Source: Capsulimonadaceae bacterium
Lineage (GTDB): Bacteria; Armatimonadota; Armatimonadia; Armatimonadales; Capsulimonadaceae
Direction of reading: 5' to 3'
NCBI GenBank assembly: GCA_965215505.1
Contig: OZ244065.1
Location: 1,952,001-2,016,000, forward strand
DNA length: 64,000 nucleotides
The notes below the pieces were generated by a model. That model did not search any database. It was not told where the DNA came from and saw only the letters and a program-made list of their open reading frames with translations. Made by a program: the position numbers and the translations under genes. Shown piece after piece: positions 57,965 through 64,000 of this stretch. The stretch's first letter is position 1. Each line of letters starts with the position of its first letter.

Positions 57965-58768
57965 TCAGTCGCGCATCAGTTTCGCGTAGAAGTCTTTGAA
58001 GCTGACTGTGCCTGGCGGAAGTCCGGCTTGTCCTGGGAAGCCCAGCCGTGTGGAGAGAACCGGTGTGCCGGGGCCAAGGTGATATTTCGCCCTCGTCCGC
58101 GACACTGTGGGATCGTTGACGGGCACTTGCAGCGTCTTGTCATAGGGGATTTTCTCGACACTGCCGTCGTCCCACAGCACTTCGTAGAACCCGACCGGCT
58201 TCATCGTGAAGGGTTTATTCGGATAGATGACCTGGTTCTGGTGGTAATACAGGCTGGTCTGACCGAGAACGTCTCGGGTCCCGGCGGCTCGCTGGGTGCC
58301 TATCTTTGTACCGTCGGAACGGGTGAGGGAGAAGCTGTAGGGGATCGCCCCCGGCGCGCGGCGCAGCCCCTCGAAGTCAGAAAAGCGGCTGTCGGGGTTG
58401 TTCATCTTTGCGAGAAAATCCTTGACGTCCCGGAAGCCGTATCCCTGCGGGGCGCGGACGATGTCCATGAACAGCGCCGTCTCATCCGCAGGATAGTGGC
58501 CGCCGTGTTTGCGGCGATATCCCAGCATGAGTTGATACATCCGTTTCAAGCCGTCCACCCCGTTTTGGGGGTCGCCGGGCACCTGCCCGTGCGTGTCATA
58601 CAACGCCAGCCCTGTCGGCGGCGCGGCCCGCGCGACGGAGATAATGCTGCTCATCGGCGCGGGAAGGCCATGCGACCGTAGGTACTGCCTGCTGATGCCG
58701 AGCGCCAGCAGCATTAGGATAAGGACGACCGCCGCTTGTCTGAAGCCGCGCTGTTGTGCGAGTTTCAC
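57965..58768 (-). CDS. Membrane-anchored hypothetical protein with pilin/DUF1559-like traits
   Basis: RGF then a hydrophobic helix; LK..Y...HGGHYP; VLWDDGSV. GTG start after an AGAC-preceded GGAG. Confidence 0.6.
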   Translation of the reverse strand: MKLAQQRGFRQAAVVLILMLLALGISRQYLRSHGLPAPMSSIISVARAAPPTGLALYDTHGQVPGDPQNGVDGLKRMYQLMLGYRRKHGGHYPADETALFMDIVRAPQGYGFRDVKDFLAKMNNPDSRFSDFEGLRRAPGAIPYSFSLTRSDGTKIGTQRAAGTRDVLGQTSLYYHQNQVIYPNKPFTMKPVGFYEVLWDDGSVEKIPYDKTLQVPVNDPTVSRTRAKYHLGPGTPVLSTRLGFPGQAGLPPGTVSFKDFYAKLMRD

Positions 58769-58791
58769 GGTCTGCTCCGATCAAAGGAGTG

Positions 58792-59541
58792 TCACCGGCT
58801 GATTTGCGGTCGTCGGCGCGGCAGGTTTAGCTTGAAGTCGGCCAACGAGGGCTTGTACCAGCCGCGCTTGGTCACGCTGGCAAGGTAGGCGATGAGCGAG
58901 TGACCCAGTGCCCAAAGGGGCAGCCACAATTGGCTACGCAGGATCATATACAGCACGGGCTGCGAAAGAGTCATTCTCGGATTGAAGACCTCCATGGCGA
59001 CTATCTCCAGGAACCCAATGAGACTCCACAAGAGGCTTGAGTAGAATGCCCCCTTGATGGCTTGAAGAGGATATTTGCGGCCAATGGCGAGACAGACTAA
59101 GAGTGTTCCGCCGAAGGCGAGGGATTGACAAACGGCAACAGGGAATGGGTGCGCGCTTCCGTCAAAATTGGCTCGGACGTGGGAGTCTCTCAGGAATTGC
59201 CAGGCAAGCAGGTAGAGGGGGGCGATAAGATTTTGGAGCCAGGCAAGTCCTATGCCAAAGAAGACGGCTCTTATGTCGGCACGGAAGCCGGTCCGGCCCT
59301 GTTGCCACTCCTGGTACATCTTCCGCCCGATTTGTGTGGGATCGCCGAACTGCGTCAAGGCGGACTTCCAGGCGACCTCGGCCGGCTGTCCCTGAGCCAC
59401 TTTCGCGGCGGCAAGCCCTTCGAGGTGCTGCCGGATCTCTTCGCGCTGGGCGGTGCGCTCCTCGGCGGGCAGGCGGCGGGAGGCGGCGTCGAAGCGCCGG
59501 AACCAGTCGTTGACGGCGGGACTGTCATGCGGGCTGAACAT
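58792..59541 (-). CDS. HAAS domain membrane protein, copy 1
   Basis: EERTAQREEIRQHLE...ALTQFGDPTQIG followed by about four TMs; GGAGG RBS; overlaps the PadR stop. Confidence 0.78.
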   Translation of the reverse strand: MFSPHDSPAVNDWFRRFDAASRRLPAEERTAQREEIRQHLEGLAAAKVAQGQPAEVAWKSALTQFGDPTQIGRKMYQEWQQGRTGFRADIRAVFFGIGLAWLQNLIAPLYLLAWQFLRDSHVRANFDGSAHPFPVAVCQSLAFGGTLLVCLAIGRKYPLQAIKGAFYSSLLWSLIGFLEIVAMEVFNPRMTLSQPVLYMILRSQLWLPLWALGHSLIAYLASVTKRGWYKPSLADFKLNLPRRRPQISR

Positions 59542-59884
59542 GGGGGGTTCCTCCATTGATGTCGCCGAGGATGTCGTTGACGGCTCGGGAGAAGCGGCTC
59601 CAGGCGCGCACCTGGGAGGCCAATTTGGCGTGGCCGACGTCGGTCAGGGTGTAGACGCGGCGGGCGGGGCCGCTGGGCTGGGTCTGCCACTCGCTTTGAA
59701 CTAGTTCCTCGCGTTCCAGGGCGCGCAGGGCGGGGTAGAGGGCACCCTCGCCGACGGAGAGGGCTTCGCGGCTGCGGCGCTCGATCTCGCGGGCGATGGC
59801 GTAGCCGTGGAGCGGGCCGCCGGACAGGACGGCAAGGATCAAGATCGGGGTGCTGCCTTTTTTTAGTTCCTGCTCTTCACTCAT
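59525..59884 (-). CDS. PadR family transcriptional regulator
   Basis: ILAVL..GPLHGY.I, GALYPAL..LE and RRVY.LT..G motifs. Confidence 0.95.
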   Translation of the reverse strand: MSEEQELKKGSTPILILAVLSGGPLHGYAIAREIERRSREALSVGEGALYPALRALEREELVQSEWQTQPSGPARRVYTLTDVGHAKLASQVRAWSRFSRAVNDILGDINGGTPHVQPA

Positions 59885-59890
59885 GTTTCA

Positions 59891-59919
59891 ATTATACATC
59901 GCAATCTAATGTATGTCAA
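59891..59919 (-). promoter_or_regulatory. Consensus leaderless sigma70 promoter of padR with an overlapping inverted repeat
   Basis: TTGACA-17-TATAAT-6 nt-ATG; ATACAT-N9-ATGTAT at 59894-59914. Confidence 0.8.
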
Positions 59920-59923
59920 GTGA

Positions 59924-60493
59924 TTATTTTTCAAGGCCGAGGTATCGGACGGCGCGGGCCAAGCCGATAATGGAAACGCCGTCGGTGATGCCTCCGTCCA
60001 TCGCCATGGCGTGGGCCTCCAGGAGCGGCAGGCGGCGAAGGGCGAGGACCTCATCGCCTTCGGGGGCGGCTTCGCCGAATGTCAGGTCTTGGGCCAGGAA
60101 TATCTGGCCGGCCTCATTGGTGACGGAGTTGGACAGGTGGAACGAGCTGAGGTCGGTCCAGGTGGCGGCCGTCAGGCCCGTCTCCTCGGCCAGCTCGCGT
60201 CTGGCACTGTCCAGGAGTGGGATGTGGAGGGGGCCGCCGCCTTCGGGGATCTCCCAGGAGTAGAGGCCGAGCGGGTAGCGCCACTGACCGATGAGGAACG
60301 TGTCGCCGTCGCCCGTGACCGGGACGATGCCCAGGGCATGGTTCTGGAACTCGACGACGCCGTAAATGCCGTCGCGGCCGTCGGCGCGGATGACGTGATC
60401 CTCGCGGACCCGTATCCAGGGGTTGACGTAGACCTCGCGGCTGCCGCGCGTGCGCCAGGGGTTGAGGGGACCGGAAGATAGTTCGTCTGCCAT
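59924..60493 (-). CDS. NUDIX hydrolase (ADP-ribose pyrophosphatase-like)
   Basis: QWRYP..WEIPEG...ARRELAEETG Nudix box; start ATG 60493 after TTGACA-18-TATGAT. Confidence 0.92.
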   Translation of the reverse strand: MADELSSGPLNPWRTRGSREVYVNPWIRVREDHVIRADGRDGIYGVVEFQNHALGIVPVTGDGDTFLIGQWRYPLGLYSWEIPEGGGPLHIPLLDSARRELAEETGLTAATWTDLSSFHLSNSVTNEAGQIFLAQDLTFGEAAPEGDEVLALRRLPLLEAHAMAMDGGITDGVSIIGLARAVRYLGLEK

Positions 60494-60604
60494 GCCGTTA
60501 TCATAGGGGCGCGGGCGGTATTTTGTCAAGAGGCGCGACCTTGTGATTTTTTTCACGAACAAAGTGGGTAGAATGCACCGGGACACACAGAAGGAACTCA
60601 AGCC

Positions 60605-61933
60605 ATGCCTAACACCCATATCGTCATCGTCGGCGGCGGCTTCGGCGGCCTCAAGGTGGCACAAACCTTAGAGAAACTGATCAAGCTCGGCGACGCGGTG
60701 GAAGTGACGCTGATCAGCCGTGACAACTTCCTGCTGTTCACGCCGTTTCTGACCGAGGCGCTGGGCGGGATGCTGGACGAGGCGGACGTCATCTCGCCAT
60801 TGCGGGCCTTCCTGAAGAAGACGCGCTTCGTCATGGGCGAAGTGACAGCGATAGACATGCGTGCAAAGTCTGTCACCTTCCGTCGGCCGCTGACGGACGA
60901 GACAGAGACGGTGCAGGCGGACCAGCTCGTCCTGAGCCTGGGCAGCACGACCTCGTTCCACGGGCAGGAGGATTTGGAGAAGCTGGCCTTCACGCTGAAG
61001 TCGCTGGACGACGCCACATTGCTGCGGAACCACCTGATGGCCTGCTTGGAGCAGGCGAACGAGGAGAGTGACGGGGTGGCCCGCCAGTCCTTCCTGACCG
61101 TCGCCGTGGTCGGCGCGGGCTATACAGGCGTCGAGGCGGCGGGGGCGATCCGTGACCTGATGAAAGACGCCGCCCGCGACTACCCGCACGTCCGGCCCGA
61201 CGAGATCCGGGTCGTCCTGATGGACATGGCTGAGGAGATCCTGCCGTCGATTGACCCGTCGCTCGCCAAGTACGCCCTGCGGCAGATCCAGAAGCGCGGG
61301 ATCGAGATACGGCTGGGCCAGAAGATCAAGCAGGCCGACGACCACTCGGTCACCCTGAGCAAAGGCGAATACATCCCCACCCGCACCCTGCTCTGGTCGG
61401 CGGGCGTCGTGCCCTCGCCGCTGACCCAGACCTTGCTCTGCGAGAAGGACAAAAAGGGTGCTATCATGACCGAGCCGACGATGGCTGTCAAGGGCATGGA
61501 CGGCGTCTGGGCGATGGGCGACGGCGCACACATCCCCAACCTGCTGGAAGAGGGCCGGCCCTACACGGGCACCGCGCAGAACGCCGAGCGGGAGGCCAAG
61601 CAGCTCGCGCAGAACGTCATGGCCACCCTACGGGGGCGGCAGCCCAAGCCGTTCCTGTTCCGCACCCTGGGCGAGTTCGTCAACCTCGGGCACCATGTGG
61701 CGGTGGCGCAGATCAAGTGGTTCAAGTTCTCCGGGTTCGTCGCCTGGTTCCTGTGGCGGGGCGTCTATCTGGTCAAGATCCCCCATTGGGGCCGCAAGGC
61801 GCGCGTCGTGTCCGGCTGGACTCTGGACCTGCTGTTCGGGCGCAACTCCGTGGAGAGCGAGACGCCTCGCCTGCTGCGGAACAACACGGAGCAGAAGCGG
61901 CGCACCGACGAAGCGGCGCGGGCGGTGAAGTAG
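60605..61933 (+). CDS. ndh: Type II NADH dehydrogenase-like FAD oxidoreductase
   Basis: GGGFGG, FTP.L, VGAGYTGVE, WSAG, GD and AQNA motifs. Confidence 0.85.
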   Translation: MPNTHIVIVGGGFGGLKVAQTLEKLIKLGDAVEVTLISRDNFLLFTPFLTEALGGMLDEADVISPLRAFLKKTRFVMGEVTAIDMRAKSVTFRRPLTDETETVQADQLVLSLGSTTSFHGQEDLEKLAFTLKSLDDATLLRNHLMACLEQANEESDGVARQSFLTVAVVGAGYTGVEAAGAIRDLMKDAARDYPHVRPDEIRVVLMDMAEEILPSIDPSLAKYALRQIQKRGIEIRLGQKIKQADDHSVTLSKGEYIPTRTLLWSAGVVPSPLTQTLLCEKDKKGAIMTEPTMAVKGMDGVWAMGDGAHIPNLLEEGRPYTGTAQNAEREAKQLAQNVMATLRGRQPKPFLFRTLGEFVNLGHHVAVAQIKWFKFSGFVAWFLWRGVYLVKIPHWGRKARVVSGWTLDLLFGRNSVESETPRLLRNNTEQKRRTDEAARAVK

Positions 61934-61943
61934 GGAAAGCAAG

Positions 61944-61980
61944 AAGGGGCGGGAGCATGATGCTCCCGCCCCTTTTGTTT
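61944..61980. terminator. Bidirectional terminator
   Basis: AAGGGGCGGGAGCA-TGA-TGCTCCCGCCCCTTTT. Confidence 0.8.
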
Positions 61981-61990
61981 GCTGCATAGC

Positions 61991-62593
61991 CTAAGCCGCC
62001 AGCCGCTGCTCCTCGCCCTGTCCCGCCGGTTCCGTATCGGCGGCGGGCGTGAAGGTCACGGTGCGGGCGTCCTGGCGCTTGCGGAAGTGGATCATCTCCC
62101 ACTGGTGGACATAATCCAGCACGGTCAGGGCCAACTTGCGCGCCTCGAACTCGGGCATCTGGATGGTCAGGCTATCAGTCGCCTTGACCATTTTCACTTG
62201 TCCCTGCCCGTAGACCTCGCCCTGGCCGTTGTCCACGCGCAGGACGTAGGGCTGGCGGTACTTGGCTTCCTTCTTGAAAGACAGCACGCGCGCCTCCGTG
62301 TAGTCGTCGTGTGCGCTGCCCTTCTGGTCCTCGAAGCTCGTGAAGGTGCCGGCCAGCAGGTCATGGCAGACCAGCTTCATGTCGTCCGCGTCCACATAGT
62401 GCCGGACGCGCTGGGTGGCCTTGTTGTGTTCGTCGAACTCGACGAGGGTGAAGGCGACCTTGCTGCGCTTCGGGTCGAAGGCGAGCAGGTCGGTGATGTC
62501 CAGGATCTTGTCTTTGGCGACGAACCGGAAGATCTGGATCTTCGTCACTTCGCGCCCGGCGCCGTCCGTGCCGTTCTTCTCATAGGTGTTCAT
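61991..62593 (-). CDS. Hypothetical protein (200 aa, ends in RLAA)
   Basis: AAGGAG RBS; strong host-like codon usage. Confidence 0.8.
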   Translation of the reverse strand: MNTYEKNGTDGAGREVTKIQIFRFVAKDKILDITDLLAFDPKRSKVAFTLVEFDEHNKATQRVRHYVDADDMKLVCHDLLAGTFTSFEDQKGSAHDDYTEARVLSFKKEAKYRQPYVLRVDNGQGEVYGQGQVKMVKATDSLTIQMPEFEARKLALTVLDYVHQWEMIHFRKRQDARTVTFTPAADTEPAGQGEEQRLAA

Positions 62594-62632
62594 GGTCAGT
62601 TCTCCTTAAACCAGGTCCAGTCTCGAAACTTG

Positions 62633-62746
62633 TTACTGGCCTGAGCGGTGGTCGGACCACCGCTCGGCTATATCAACGGAACTGCCGATGTATGTCTCGG
62701 CAGTCACCGTGTTCGTGATGATGTAAATGCCCTGCGTCCGTGGCAT
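62633..62746 (-). pseudogene. Truncated GIY-YIG endonuclease fragment (37 aa)
   Basis: MPRTQGIYIITNTVTAETYIGSSVDIAERWSDHRSGQ*; GAGG RBS. Below the ORF-track cutoff. Confidence 0.75.
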
Positions 62747-62771
62747 GGTGCCTCATCCTTGCTTCTGGTGA

Positions 62772-62999
62772 CTAAAGCACCTTGCGATAGCTACAATTGG
62801 GATTGTCTTGTAATGAGGCCCAACAGTCCCATATTACAACATAACCCCTCCCGCCAACATAATAACAGTTCGAGACGAGCTGCTCCCCGCATTGCGGGCA
62901 TGTGCCGCGCACCCACTCGGGCCGGGGGCGGTCGGATTTGCCGTCGTATGCCTGCCGGACGCTCTCGACGGCGGCGTTGGTTTCAAGTATCGTGTCCAT
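62772..62999 (-). CDS. Small Cys-rich (zinc-ribbon-like) protein
   Basis: GAGGAG RBS; CPQCG...C...C...C pattern; 75 aa. Confidence 0.7.
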   Translation of the reverse strand: MDTILETNAAVESVRQAYDGKSDRPRPEWVRGTCPQCGEQLVSNCYYVGGRGYVVIWDCWASLQDNPNCSYRKVL

Positions 63000-63226
63000 C
63001 TCGCGTTCTCCTCTCACTAAACCAGATCAGTCTTCGCGGTACAGATATATTATACTGTAAATGGCAGTGAGTATCAGCGAACGGGCATAAGAGGGCAGAA
63101 CGATCTATGGAAATTCTCATCAAGTGAGAATTTCGGGGGCTGTTTTGGGGGAGAAAAACACGGCAATTGTACCGTAACTAAAGGGGCAGAATGCGCCGAT
63201 AATACACTCAAAGGAGAGTGACACCC

Positions 63227-63388
63227 ATGTTCCTATGGATCGCAGCGGGCTATGTGCTGTCCGCCATCGTATTCTATTCGTATATCGTCAAGACCGCCCA
63301 GGAAGACCCGCATGAGGCGCTGGCGACCCTTGCAGAGACGACCGACCGGCAGTGGTCGCGTGACCAGAGCAGCCGCAGGGCGGCGTGA
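63227..63388 (+). CDS. Small single-TM protein (53 aa)
   Basis: AAAGGAG RBS; MFLWIAAGYVLSAIVFYSYIVKTAQEDPHE...RRAA*. Below the ORF-track cutoff. Confidence 0.7.
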   Translation: MFLWIAAGYVLSAIVFYSYIVKTAQEDPHEALATLAETTDRQWSRDQSSRRAA

Positions 63389-63410
63389 GGCGACTCCAGA
63401 GATAGGTTAG

Positions 63411-63462
63411 AAAGGCAGACGGCCCACCGATGATCTAGATCACCGGCGGGCCGTCTGCCTTT
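63411..63462. terminator. Bidirectional terminator
   Basis: AAAGGCAGACGGCCC...GGGCCGTCTGCCTTT. Confidence 0.7.
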
Positions 63463-63469
63463 GTTTCTG

Positions 63470-63718
63470 TTACCCGGTGTAGTTGCGGAAGGCGATGCCG
63501 ACCAGGATGCTGACGAGGAACCAAGCGACCCCAAGGTAGCGGGTGTAGGTTTGCAGCATCTCCTCGAAGCCCGGCTTGCCCTTGAAGTTGGCGCTGACGT
63601 TGCCGCCGATGGTGCCAGTCAGGCCCTCGTTCTTGGTCGTCTGGGACATGACGATGGCAACGAGGGCGATGCTGATGAGGCCCTGAAATACGAGGAGGAT
63701 GATCTGGAGGGCATTCAT
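63470..63718 (-). CDS. secG: Preprotein translocase subunit SecG
   Basis: Two TMs flanking Q..K.EGL.G.IGG...G.E..L...T. Confidence 0.88.
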   Translation of the reverse strand: MNALQIILLVFQGLISIALVAIVMSQTTKNEGLTGTIGGNVSANFKGKPGFEEMLQTYTRYLGVAWFLVSILVGIAFRNYTG

Positions 63719-63719
63719 G

Positions 63720-63980
63720 CTACAGCCTCTCCTCGGTCTTCGCGCCGACGGCCACGGGCGTTTCCTGAGTCGGGGCGGCAGGCGAAGCGCCGTAGACGGC
63801 CGCGCCGGTCGGCTGTTCCGGCTTGTCGTCCTCGGCGGTCGCCTTCTTGAATTCTTTAATGCCCTGGCCCATTGACTTGCCGAAGCCCGCAAGCTTGGAG
63901 CCGCCGAAGAGCAGGATGACCACGCCGGCGATGATCGCGATCTCCGTGGGGTTACCGAAGCCAAATGCTAGTGGAAGCAT
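63720..63980 (-). CDS. tatA: Twin-arginine translocase TatA/E
   Basis: EIAIIAGVVILLFGGSKL...GKSMGQGIKEFKKA. Confidence 0.93.
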   Translation of the reverse strand: MLPLAFGFGNPTEIAIIAGVVILLFGGSKLAGFGKSMGQGIKEFKKATAEDDKPEQPTGAAVYGASPAAPTQETPVAVGAKTEERL

Positions 63981-64000
63981 GTCAATGTCCTTTCACGTCT

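Noticed and set aside
59963-59971. Third GCCGATAAT motif
   Set aside because: Lies inside the NUDIX coding sequence on the opposite strand with no gene start nearby; likely a coding coincidence.
63040-63068. Possible E. coli-type LexA box
   Set aside because: The half-sites are in the opposite orientation or wrong spacing for CTG-N10-CAG; kept only as a generic palindrome.

Overview
High-GC bacterial chromosomal segment with about 75 genes. Gene order is Terrabacteria-like (nusA-ylxR-infB-DUF503-rbfA-nrnA) yet it carries Kdo genes (kdsD, kdsC), which fits Armatimonadota; this assignment is inference, not a search result. Most of the window is housekeeping: trpG/D/C, the nusA-infB operon, ald, pyrF, rplU-rpmA, an Rne/Rng nuclease, pyk, yajQ, ftsK, secG and tatA. 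It also holds signalling genes, envelope glycosyltransferases, several palindromic repeat families and a lower-GC toxin-antitoxin patch after ftsK. Highlights: (1) a SigB/F-type sigma factor fused to a catalytically dead GGDEF domain that keeps the RxxD c-di-GMP site, directly downstream of pilC; (2) a tRNA-Glu-like gene with an 8-nt anticodon loop and a bulged T-stem; (3) an 81-bp diverged duplicate of the ftsK 3' end flanking a TA module; (4) a soluble multi-GAF kinase paired with a sigma54 activator lacking its DNA-binding HTH; (5) a PadR/HAAS module with two variable membrane sensors; (6) several leaderless-type promoters. All family calls come from reading motifs by eye; no database searches were run.
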